Origin: Paraspadella gotoi
Lineage: Eukaryota > Animalia > Chaetognatha
DNA: 64,000 nt
Direction of reading: 5' to 3'
Assembly (NCBI GenBank): GCA_051294375.1
Contig: CM119268.1
Span: 5,507,221 to 5,571,220, forward strand
Part shown: piece by piece, positions 53,548 through 64,000 of the stretch
Numbering within the stretch: the first letter of the stretch is position 1
Layout of the letters: every line of letters begins with the position of its first letter
Program-made: the position numbers and the translations under genes
The notes under the pieces: generated by a model
Database searches by the model: none
What the model was told of the DNA's origin: nothing
Seen by the model: the letters and a program-made list of their open reading frames with translations, nothing else

Positions 53548-54045
53548 GTAAGTTAAAAAGTTATACGGCGTTAACGAAGTCTTTAATAGTAATAACCTTA
53601 AATTTCTATGATGACCCTAATAACCGAGGCTGTGATAACATTCATCTTTGAAAATGAATAAATCGCCAAAACTTATGACTCCTTTAATCTACAAATCGAA
53701 ATTTATTTTTTTAAATTTTTTTTTTCTGATTCTAAGACGCCATCGTTTAATAAAATAAGATTAAAAACACAGACGAAGGAGGAAAATAAAAATAAAAATC
53801 TCAAGCAAAATCTGACTCTCTTAATCCTATTGACCTTTTTAATAAATAATTATCAATCATGTTTTAAAAATATATTTTTATACTCTCATCATTAGCTTTT
53901 AGCATTAAGCACTGCTGTACAAATAAGTATTTATTCATTCAGGAGAAATCAATCAACTGAACTTAAATTCATATTCATATTTCCCATATATTTTAAATAC
54001 TCGTATCTCTATAACTACGAAATACAAATGTTTTTCATCCTTCAG

Positions 54046-55119
54046 TCTGAGGACGTCAAAAGGTGGTTGTGCCGAGATCGAGACTACTATCAATGTCCCG
54101 CCAAGCTCGAGGTCATGTCCTCCGACGGGGACCACCCCCGTGGCGAGATCTTCGTGGCTGTGGTCGTTCCTCACAACCACAGCGAAACCTGCAGACCCAA
54201 ATCATCTCAAAATCCCGGTCAAACCTGCAGACCCAAATCCTCTCAAAATCACGGTCAAATCTGCAGACCCAAATCCTCTCAAAACTACAGTCAAACTTCC
54301 TCCTGCCGTTGTGACATTTGCGGCCGCGTTTACAAAAAAAATTCCCTACAAACTCACATCGAGGAAGTTCACAAAGGCAGACGACATCAATGCCAGATTT
54401 GTAAAAAGGTCGTGGGGACCTGCGGGAGAAGGATGCATTGCAGAAAAGAGGGACATCCAAGGGACACTCCCTTTAAAATCGTTTACTTGGAATCGAAAAT
54501 CGACTGTACAGGCAAATTTTCAAAAATAAATGCGACCGACGTGAACGAATTCAAAACAAATGACGACGAGCACGACGATGACGACGCCAACCACAACAAC
54601 AATAACAACAAAGATCGTTCTGTCTCTGACGACGAAAACAACGAGGAAGACGACGACGACTACGAAGACGACGACGAAGATGAAGACGACGACGAAGACG
54701 AAAGTCGGGAGCAGGAAAATGGTGAGGAGGAGGAAGAGGAGGAAGAGGAAGAGGAGGAAAGGGCGGGGAAGGAGGAAGAAAGAGAAAACAAGGAGACAGT
54801 CAGCGACGACGACGACGACGACACCGACGAGGAAGATAAAGAGGCGGGAGGAGAAGAAAAAGAGGAAGAAGAAACCTGCGACGACGATGACCACAAAATG
54901 ACCACAAATAAAAGAAGACGAAGCGAAAACAATGAAGAGAAATCGATCAAAAGAAGACGATCCTCTTCCTCTTCTTCTTCCGATTCCAGCGTTGAGATTC
55001 TAGAAATTCCGGCGGCGTCAGCGGCGGCAGCGACGTCAAAAGCTGCGCCAGCGGCGTCGCCTCCTCGAAAACTGAGAATTGCGTCGTCGAAAAGCGACGG
55101 TGACGTGAAACGAGTGAGC

Positions 55120-55152
<33 letters not shown>

Positions 55153-56304
55153 GACGACGATGATGACATCGTGTTGGTGGAAATAGAAAAAAAAGAGGAA
55201 AGAAAAATCAACGTCAAACGCGAATCGATGGAATCGCGATCCAATAAAAGTTGTAACAACAACAACAACAACAACATAAAAATCAACAAAATAGAGAGGG
55301 AGTCGATCGTGGACAAATCTTCTTCCAAATCGAGAGGCGAAAAGATTTTGTCGGCAAAGATCGAACGGCGAACGAGCGAAGATCCAACGACGAACGGGGG
55401 GCGAACTTGTGGCGATCTCAGGGCGAACCCGGGACTCTCTGCTATATTCGGCGGAACATCTTCTCTTGGGACACCAATGGCCAATGACAGCAACTATCAA
55501 CAGCAACAAATTATACAGCAATTATCACAAATGATGCAGGGAAACGGAACCGGCGGAAATTTTGATAACGTTCTCAAATTGCCCGGCAATGAAATGCCGC
55601 CGACGCAGATCATGCAGAATCAGGTTGTGCAACAAATCCTAATGCAGCAAATCCAGGGACCATTGTACAACGCTATTTTTCAACAACTCGGTTCATCGAT
55701 GGGCTTCTCTCCGGAAGTGATTCAGCAAACTCTGCAGCAAAATCCGTTAACGCAAATTCCTCTGCCGCAAAACCTCCTTCGACAGGAAACGCTGCCGCAT
55801 CTGCAGTCGACGTTAGAGCCTTTTTTCGGAAACTCAAACATCCCTTCATTGCGCCTGGACACGCCTTCCTTGACAATATCGTCTTTGGAAGGGTCCGTGC
55901 CCTCCTCTTCCTCCATCAGCCCTCGCGCGATTCCACCAACGCCGCCTTTAACAGCCTCTACTACATCGACAGCCTCTAATCCATCAAGAAAACTAGACTT
56001 GCCATCCCCCGAACGGGCTGTCGTCAAACGAGAACGTCAAGGGCCCATTTTTTGCGACACCTGTCACGAGCGATTCGCTCAAGATGACGATGACTACCGT
56101 CAGCACCTGTTCAAGCACCTGGACAAGTTCCAAGGCAAAATCACCTGCCCGTTTTGCCGCGTGGATTGCGAGACGTCGGCCAAGATGACCGACCACTTCA
56201 TGATGGTTCACGGAAAAGTGGAAAAGATTTTTTGCTCCGAAAAAACTTGCGCGAGGAGTTTTTGGACTTTTAAGTCGTCGGCGAGGCACGCGGGGAGGCA
56301 TTAA
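54046..56304 (+). CDS. Gene C terminal exon: FLYWCH-3 C-half, paired C2H2 module, acidic tract, Q-rich region, conserved C-terminal domain
   Basis: CTTCAG acceptor at 54045; KRWLCRDRDYYQCPAKL...PHNH; CDIC...HIEEVHKGRRHQCQIC; VKRE...CDTCHERFAQDDDDYRQHL...FWTFKSSARHAGRH*. Confidence 0.9.
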
Positions 56305-56818
56305 TGATTTAATCAATTTGATAGATTTTAATAGATTTGTTAGATTCTTTTTAATAAAACCCTCGGCATGTACCTCGGCGACTCGGCATATAGTTTGTTT
56401 CTTACATACACTTTTTTTTGTATTTATTGATATGGTTAACATGGCTAACATTTATTTTAAATTACTTTCTTCTTTAATATATGTGAAATTGGTACACGAT
56501 GCTCATAAGGCTGTAAAAAGGGAACAAAGATAATAATCAATAAACGAACAATAAATGAACAATATGCATCGGCAATCAATGAGTCTTTTAGATGATGTTC
56601 TGAAGAGAATTTTCTCCATCATGGACAGTGTAAATTGTTTAAACCATATCATGTATTATTCTTTTCGGACCCAGCCAATGAACAAAAAAATACCAGCCAA
56701 TGATTTAAAGATTTCATTTCAATGTCAAAATCTGAGGTGGACTAATATATTTTTTGTTTTTCATGTTTGTAGTTAAAGCTTTTTATTTATAGCATTGATG
56801 TTATTTTATTTTTAACAG

Positions 56819-58549
56819 ATAAAACATTTCAGTTTAAAAACGATTTCGCACCAAATTTACGAAACGTAAACATTTCAAAATTTCGGATCTTTGCAAATCC
56901 CCAACGTAATCGCTCGCGGTTGCTGCTCTTGCCGCAATCCAATGACGAATCGTCGATGGATTTTCAGCATCCAACGCCAAATTTGCCCGTCATGGCTACG
57001 CCGATGCAGAAGCAACTGCAGCTCGACAACGCGCCTCAAGATAAAAATTTACTGGACCTCGATGCTGACGAATCTGACCTTCAGCAACTCGCTCTTGCAA
57101 CAGAATATTCGTCACTAAATCCCGGGGATTCTCTACCGCAACTCGACCTGGAATCACTTGACGATTTTCCGCAAATGAACTTCCAGACTGAATCGAATTC
57201 GAATAAGACAGACTCGTGCGAAAAACTGCTCCAAAATGTTGAAGCGACTTCCACGCTGCCGCAACTCACCATCGAAGAAACGACGGGACTCTCGTTGCTG
57301 CAAAACGACCTAGAAAATGCGACAACACAATCTTCATCTGAGATTTTGAAGCCTGAGCTGGAAAAGCACCTCAACTCCGTGGAGAGCAAAGCGATGCAGA
57401 ACCCTGTCGAATCCGTTACAACTTTGAACAGTCGATCACCTTTAGAGGCGCCCTCATCCCCTATGCTTCGGATAGAAAATTCTTTTTCGCTGCGAGATAT
57501 GAAGTTGGAAAAGCTGAAGACGACGATTAAGTCTGTGGCGGTAGATTTGACGAAGATGCCACAGATGAAGGAGACGTCTTTGCCGCATCTGATTAAGAAG
57601 GAGCCGAGTGAGGGATTAAGGTTGCGGAAAAGGGAAACCTCGGCTGCGGAAGAAAGGATGGGAGGTGGAGATGAGTCGGCGGCTGAGGCGGAGGCGGCGG
57701 CGGAGGGTGGCGGCGGCGGTGTTGGAGGAGAAGAAGAAGGAAGAAAGAGAGGAAAAAGGAGAAAAGGAAAGAGAGGGAAAGCGAAGAGAAAGAATTAGAA
57801 GAAAGGTATGGAGGAGACAAAGAGAAAAAGAGAATGGAAGAAGACAAAGAGGAAGAGAGGATGGAAGGAGACAAAGAGGAAAAAAGAATGGAAGGAGACA
57901 AAGAGGAAGAGAACATGGAAGGAGAAAAAAGAGGAAGAGAGAAAAGAAGGAGATAAAGTGGAAGAAAGAATGGAAGGAGACAAAGAGGAGAGAGAAAGAA
58001 AGAGACAAAGAGGAAGAAAGAATGGAAGGAGACAAGCAGGAAGAAGAAATGGAAGGCGCCAAGCTGAAAGAGGGAGGAATGAAAGGAGAAAAGCAAGAAG
58101 AAGAAGAAAAGGGAGGAGACAATAAGGAAGAAGGAAAAATGAAAGCATACAAGATGAAAGAAGAAGAAATAGAAAGAGACAAGCAAGAAGAAGAAGAAAT
58201 GGAAGGAGACAAGAAGAACGAAGAAGAAATGAAAGGAGACAAGCAAAAAGAAGAAGAAATGGAAGGAGACAAGCAGGAAGAAGAAGAAGAAATGGAAGGA
58301 GACAGGCAAGAAGAAGAAGAAATGAAAGGAGGCAAGCAAGAAGAAGAAGAAATGGGAGGAGACAAGCGTAAAGAAGAAGAAATAGAAGGAGACAAGCAGG
58401 AAGAAGAAGAAATGGAAGGAGACAAGATGAAAGAAGAAAAGCGAAACCAATCAGTAAAAATGACGGAATTTAAACTGGAAAAAGGAAAAAGGGGTTGCGA
58501 TATCTTTGTCTTTGAAGAATACAGATATCGAGTAGAGCGTCCCGACCAG
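56819..58549 (+). CDS. Zinc-finger gene D, first large exon (acidic EEEMEGDK repeats, FLYWCH N-half); several frameshifts in the purine repeat
   Basis: TTTTAACAG acceptor at 56818, frame open from 56821. ORFs 56920, 57808 and 57665 are pieces of one repeat protein. Ends KGKRGCDIFVFEEYRYRVERPDQ|GTGAAT, phase 0. Confidence 0.7.
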
Positions 58550-59528
58550 GTGAATACCGAGATTGTAAATATTCTAGTTTATTAAGACATATATATTATG
58601 AATACTTATATACGGTATAATTATTTAGGTAGTTGACATCTTTGCCATTAAAATAATTATTCATTATTTTTAAAAACGTTCAAATGGAAAAAAACAAAAG
58701 TCGAATTTACTGGAATCTTTTTACCATAATTCTTCTAATTAATAATAATTGGATGGATGGATTAAAATCAGATTTTGTGTGTGGGTAGGAAAGTGTGAGA
58801 TTTAGCTCTAAATCAAGTTTCGATGGAATTGTCCAAGTGGATATTAGTTTGAATGGAAAAAACGAAAAACCTGTTTCACTAATTGATTGTTCTTTTATGA
58901 ATTAAATGTAAATTCAATCTGCATTGATTAATTAATCAATTAATTATTCAAATAATTGATCAATTATTTAATCAATTAATTAATCAATTAATTAATCAAT
59001 CCATTGATTTTTTATTGGTGTTATCGTCGTCGTCGCCATCATCGTCGTCGTTTGCTTTTTGTCGTGGTCAGTGACCAAAAGACCTAAAAACGAACATGTT
59101 TCAGCAAACAATGCCGGATTAGATTATTTAATGTTTAAATAATTATATTGGTTGTACCAATTTCATAAACAAATTAATTACCGCTAATGATCGTGGTCAG
59201 ATCCGGTATTGTTTGCTCAAACCTGTTTATTTTTGATCCTCTTGATTAAAAATATTTAATAAAACATAATTTGATATAGAAATTTATCATAATTTATCAT
59301 TTGATGACAACATTTTTTTTTTAAACAATAACAATTATTTTTAAAAAAAATTCTTTTATGTCCGATAAATGAATATTCAAATTTAATTATATTAGGAACA
59401 TAAAAGTTTACATTTTATTATTATTATTTTTATTATTATATTTTCGTTATGACTGAATTCTAATAAAAAAATATTGCTTTTTATGTATTAATCCACACTG
59501 ACCAATGGACCATATTTCCGTTATTCAG

Positions 59529-62500
59529 AAACACAAACTCAACCAGCGATGGGAATGCGCAATTCGCCACAAATTCCGCTGCAAGGCCAAACTTCTTCTA
59601 CGTTTTAACGATTTCCGTCGTCCCTCCGACGGATTCCAAGTCACCAGAATCAATTCTCACGATCACCGACTCGCGAGCGAATCTCTCGACCGGAAGCGAA
59701 AGCGTGAGACGTTTGAGACCAAGAGGAAAACCCGAAGTCGAGTGGAAGAAGACTCGACTTCCGATTCGGAGAAAGACTCCACTTCGGATACCAACGAAGA
59801 GAATCGATGCGGCATCTGCTTCAAAGTCTTTAAGCTGAAGAAGAGTGTTCGGGAGCACATCGAGGAGATGCACAACGGACGTCGTCACGAGTGCAGAGTT
59901 TGCGGAGAACGAATGCCGCGCTTCGCGACAATCACTCACTCGAAAAAACCTCGACACCCTCATAAAACGAAATACGACGTGGTTTACTTATCCAACGAGG
60001 AATCCGTAGAGGTTCCGGATGTAAAAGATAAACAAAGTCCGCGAGGACAAAAAAAGCCGAAGACCGAATGTCGTATCTGTAACAAAAGCCTTTCGTCCGT
60101 TAGGTACAGGATTACCCACGAAGAGGAAGTGCACAAGGGACGACGACTCCAATGCCAAATATGCGGTGCAAAAGTTTCATATACAACAGTTTCTATTCAC
60201 TCGAAGAAGCCCGCTCATGGACCTGACACAAAATATGACATCGTGTATCTTTTCGAGATGAAAGACGATGAAAAGGAAAAAAAAGAGAAAATTGAAGAAG
60301 AAAAAGAGAAAATTGAAGAAGAAAAAGAGAAAATTGAAGAAGAAAAATGTGATGAGGAAAATAAGACGGGAAAAAAACTTATGTTCGTTTCCAAGAAAAG
60401 TAAATTCTCTTCTTCTTCAAATCATCACCGATTCAAATGTGAAAAATGCAGTGAAAATTTTTCCTCAGAATTGATGCTCGAAAATCACGTTGAAGAGATT
60501 CACGAAGGTCGAAGATTCCACTGCAAGATTTGCAACAAGAGGCTGGTATATTGTGACCTTCCTGCTCATCGTGAATTGCCGAATCACGGAATCGACATCA
60601 CGTTTGATGTCGTCTATGTTAACGTGTCGTTAAACAAGGATTGTAGCGTGAAAATTGATTGCAGTAAAAAAGCTTCGAAAGATGATTCAACAAAAAGCAA
60701 AAAGTTCAAGTGTCAAAAATGTGATGCAAATTTTTTTTCCTTGGCTGGATTATCTCACCATTTTAAGAAAGTACATCAAGGAAGATGGTATAAATGCCTT
60801 ACATGCAACACTCTTGTGATTAATTGCTCATTCCATAGAAAAACTTTGGGTCACGGTCCTCAAACTAAATTTAAGACAGTTTATATCAAAAAGTCGGGAA
60901 AGCAGAAAAGTAACAATAAGGAAGGTGAACATTTTAAAAACAAAGCTTCTAGTAAAGATACAATAATATCGTTTCAAAATATGAAAAAAGATGAAGAGAA
61001 AATTTTGAATGATGACAAAAATGACGATAAAAAAAAGTCTGTAACTAAATGCAAAATCCGTCAAGATAAATTTGGATATATAAAATCGAAAGATGAACAA
61101 GTAAAAACAAAACACCCAAGACCGCGGTATAAATGTTTAACGTGTAACGCGATGGTTGTAAACTGCAGCCTGCACCGAAAAAGACTTAATCACGATACCA
61201 AGACAGAATTTGAGCTTATTTCCGAGAAATACTCCGAAGAGCCAATCAAATCTGACGAGGAAATGACAGTCGGCAAAGATGTCGATTGGAATGAAGGTAG
61301 TGATGAAAATTACGATGATGATGTTCATTTTAAAGATGATGATGGCCGTAAAATAGATACCGTGCAAAAGATCAGGATTATTCCATTTGAAAACGAACCT
61401 AATTTAAAAAAGTTGGTGAATAAAAACCGCAAATCGTTGCCGCCAACAAATGATCCCGTGATAAAACTAACTCCTCTGAATCCTGAACTTCTTGAAGGAA
61501 AAAACAATTCTAGAGTGTCATTAAAGCAAAAAGTATCAGTATTGAAAGACTCCAAGCCCAGAGTCAAAGCCTCAAAAGAAAGATCACCTAAAATGACATT
61601 TTCATTAAAGGGTATAGTTGGTGGAAAACGAATAAGGAATACTGAAGATGACCACGATATTGATATCAAGGTACGTATAGTGGACAATGAAAATGTTACG
61701 AGAACAGTTGAAAGTGGCCAAACAAATTTCCACGCCCAAGACCATCTAATAAACTCTAATCATGCCGATGTTGTTTGTCATAATAACTCTAATGAGCTTC
61801 GTTCCAACAATGATATTTCAAACAAACACCCAATGGTGCATTCTATGACTGGAAACTCTGAAGAACTACTCCGAAACAACAGCAGTGATAGTCACTTCAA
61901 CATATTCAATAATCTTATTCCCAATGATTGTCTTGACAATCAACAACTTCAAGCTATGCAGCTTCAAATGTTGAAACAATTGATGCTTCAAAACAATTCT
62001 GTGACAAATATCTTTTCACCACCCGCTAAAAATATGCAGATGCAAATGATGCAACAAACTATGCAGAAAATGTTTCAACAGTTTGGAGTTAATATTCATC
62101 CTTCAGTAATTGAACAGAGTCTCATTGCTGTTCTTCAACAAAATCTAACGCAGCAAACGATGCAAAAAATTTTGCAGGATGCGCAGTCAATTTTCAAATC
62201 TTCTTCTCAAATTTCCGAAGTGAGTTCAATGCCTTCTTCGAACGCTCCTCCACAGTCGACCTCGTCTGCATGTTTTCCTTCCTCCTCACCAAATGTTCAT
62301 CAAAACCTTTCGGTGATCAAGCAGGAGTCCGAGTGTCCTCAAACATGCTCCGTCTGTCACCTCTCTTTTGACCAAGACAACGACGAGTATCGCCATCATT
62401 TGCTGCAGCACCTGGACGCTTTTGAAGGCAAGACCGAATGTCCATATTGTCGCGCTTATTGCGATACTTCTCTGAAAATGCGTGAACATTTTATGATCGT

Positions 62501-62600
62501 GCATGGCCAAGTGAAGAAGATCGTTTGTCAAAAAACCTTATGCGTTCGGTCATTTTGGACTTTTAAATCGGCTGAGCGACACAAATTGAATCATAAGTGA
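59529..62600 (+). CDS. Gene D terminal exon: FLYWCH C-half, 4.5 paired C2H2 modules, Q-rich region, conserved C-terminal domain
   Basis: 1031-aa ORF; TTATTCAG acceptor at 59528; QRWECAIRHKFRCKAKL...SHDH; IKQE...CSVCHLSFDQDNDEYRHHL...FWTFKSAERHKLNHK*. Confidence 0.9.
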   Translation, partial: KHKLNQRWECAIRHKFRCKAKLLLRFNDFRRPSDGFQVTRINSHDHRLASESLDRKRKRETFETKRKTRSRVEEDSTSDSEKDSTSDTNEENRCGICFKVFKLKKSVREHIEEMHNGRRHECRVCGERMPRFATITHSKKPRHPHKTKYDVVYLSNEESVEVPDVKDKQSPRGQKKPKTECRICNKSLSSVRYRITHEEEVHKGRRLQCQICGAKVSYTTVSIHSKKPAHGPDTKYDIVYLFEMKDDEKEKKEKIEEEKEKIEEEKEKIEEEKCDEENKTGKKLMFVSKKSKFSSSSNHHRFKCEKCSENFSSELMLENHVEEIHEGRRFHCKICNKRLVYCDLPAHRELPNHGIDITFDVVYVNVSLNKDCSVKIDCSKKASKDDSTKSKKFKCQKCDANFFSLAGLSHHFKKVHQGRWYKCLTCNTLVINCSFHRKTLGHGPQTKFKTVYIKKSGKQKSNNKEGEHFKNKASSKDTIISFQNMKKDEEKILNDDKNDDKKKSVTKCKIRQDKFGYIKSKDEQVKTKHPRPRYKCLTCNAMVVNCSLHRKRLNHDTKTEFELISEKYSEEPIKSDEEMTVGKDVDWNEGSDENYDDDVHFKDDDGRKIDTVQKIRIIPFENEPNLKKLVNKNRKSLPPTNDPVIKLTPLNPELLEGKNNSRVSLKQKVSVLKDSKPRVKASKERSPKMTFSLKGIVGGKRIRNTEDDHDIDIKVRIVDNENVTRTVESGQTNFHAQDHLINSNHADVVCHNNSNELRSNNDISNKHPMVHSMTGNSEELLRNNSSDSHFNIFNNLIPNDCLDNQQLQAMQLQMLKQLMLQNNSVTNIFSPPAKNMQMQMMQQTMQKMFQQFGVNIHPSVIEQSLIAVLQQNLTQQTMQKILQDAQSIFKSSSQISEVSSMPSSNAPPQSTSSACFPSSSPNVHQNLSVIKQESECPQTCSVCHLSFDQDNDEYRHHLLQHLDAFEGKTECPYCRAYCDTSLKMREHFMIVHGQVKKIVCQKTLCVRSFWTFKSAERHKLNHK

Positions 62601-63000
62601 TTACTCATTTTTCTTTTTTAAAAAAATCCCAAAGAGGATTATATTGTTTGTGAACGTTTTCAGGTCTTTTATTTAATCAATAAACTTTGCTGAAAACTGA
62701 TTCAATTATTCATTCGCTAATAAGTATGAACTAGGTCTTTTAAAAACAACCTATGAACACCATTTCTTTGATTTGAAATTACTTTTATTTATCGATTATT
62801 ATTTTATAAATTTTTATTTGATTCTTTCTAAAGAAGAAATATGTTAAAGATTTAAAAATTGGTAAAGCAATCATTTGAATCAATATCCGTTATATTTTTT
62901 CTATTTTGTAAAGAATTATTCTATACAAGCACGTACATGTAAAAAGTTTATTTCTAAATATTGTATCTCTGTAATTTTGATCGGTTCTTTAATACATTAA

Positions 63001-63240
63001 CACATCAATTTTATAAAAGACGATGATGAATACCGTTTGCATCTTTTGCAGCATCTGGAAGCCTTTGATAAAAAACTTCTCTGCCCATTCTGTCATTCAT
63101 ACTGTGGAACAGCAATCATTATGCGTCACCATTTTATGGTTGTACATGGAAAGATTTCGAAAATCTATTGCCGAGAAATGACATGCGCGCGATCATTTTG
63201 GACTCATAAATCAGCGACGCGGCATATGGAAAAACATTAA
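63001..63240 (+). pseudogene. Isolated fifth copy of the C-terminal zinc-finger domain (fragment or alternative last exon)
   Basis: HINFIKDDDEYRLHLLQHLEAFDKKLLCPFCHSYC...HFMVVHG...FWTHKSATRHMEKH*. An in-frame TAA at 62998-63000 lies where the second Cys should be. Confidence 0.7.
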
Positions 63241-63810
63241 TATGCATTTTTTAGTATTTTTTATCTCATTGTTATTACGTAGTTAAGTTTAAAGTTTAAT
63301 TAGTTTTCAAGATTGTTGATCACTTAAGAACAAATAATTATAAAAATATAAAACGGATAATAGATAAGCAACAATTGAAGGAATGTTATATTTTTAAAGA
63401 TAAAGACAAAAAATAGATATAGACAAAAAATCTAAAATCTTAAAATTTTGTTCTTAATCTAAAAATAGTGATATTTTTAAAATATCTAAATGAATGATTT
63501 CTTTTTTTAAGTGATAAAATAATAGTGTCAAAATAATGCTAAATGTTTTGTAACCAATCTTTTATGATTAAGTTTTCAACTTTAGTTTAGAACTACTGCT
63601 TTAACTTAGTACATTTTATTTCGGTGATTGTTCATAACAACTAGTTTTACCTGGTAGAAATAACATGTGGACCACTACTTAAATGTTACTATTCGGTATC
63701 AATGGTTTAAAAAATAAAAATTATTAGGCGATATATAAAATTATTTTTTCCAGTATCAAAAAACCAATTATGAACAAATCTCTTCCTCTTTCTTGTTTTC
63801 GTATCCCTTT

Positions 63811-64000
63811 TTAGTCGCATCTGCAGATCCGGTTCTATAATTCACTGTATCGGTCCGTCGGTTCATAATGATGTCGGTAAATAAACTTAAACCATTTCAG
63901 AACATCAAATTATGATAAACTATGCTAAAAAATGGATGTCCGTCCATTCGTCCATCCGTCCATCCCTGTAAGATTTAAAGACCAATTACTAATGAGTTGA
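63811..64000 (+). mobile_element. Start of a Helentron/DINE-like repeat
   Basis: TTAGTCGCATCTGCAGATCCGGTTCTATAATTCACTG followed by (GTCC/ATCC)n; similar to 8900-8947 on the minus strand. Confidence 0.45.

Noticed and set aside
57730-58020. Programmed frameshifting in gene D
   Set aside because: Several shifts all fall in A/G homopolymers of a repeat, typical of sequencing error.
49226-58450. Antisense and alternate-frame ORFs over genes C and D (V/L/C- or F-rich)
   Set aside because: Shadows of repeat-rich sense exons.
52140-59670. FLYWCH domains as parts of Mutator/MULE transposases
   Set aside because: No DDE catalytic domain or terminal inverted repeats are visible; the domains sit in spliced host-like genes, although a transposon ancestry is possible.

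Overview
AT-rich invertebrate-type eukaryotic nuclear DNA, rich in (GA)n/(GAC)n microsatellites, with several N gaps. The left half (about 3-31 kb) is indel-noisy and probably filled from poorly polished long reads. It holds dispersed repeats and three to four copies of a ~4.1-kb unit, each carrying an LTR-like sequence followed by a 34-nt tRNA-Leu-complementary tract. A related 286-bp solo LTR (TG...CA, 4-bp TSD) at 35048-35333 has tRNA-type Pol III A/B boxes inside it. The right half (39.5-63.2 kb) is a same-strand tandem cluster of four spliced zinc-finger paralogs plus a fifth fragment. All end in one conserved ~85-aa triple-C2H2-like domain (DDDxYRxHL..HL..F.G...C..C...HFM.VHG...K..C....C.R.FWT.K), and in the four full genes a psiKxE motif sits just before it. 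Upstream of this they carry variable numbers of a paired-finger module and of FLYWCH-like domains, every one split by a phase-0 intron at the equivalent position. Gene models were built by hand from GT/AG sites and frame; no database searches were run.
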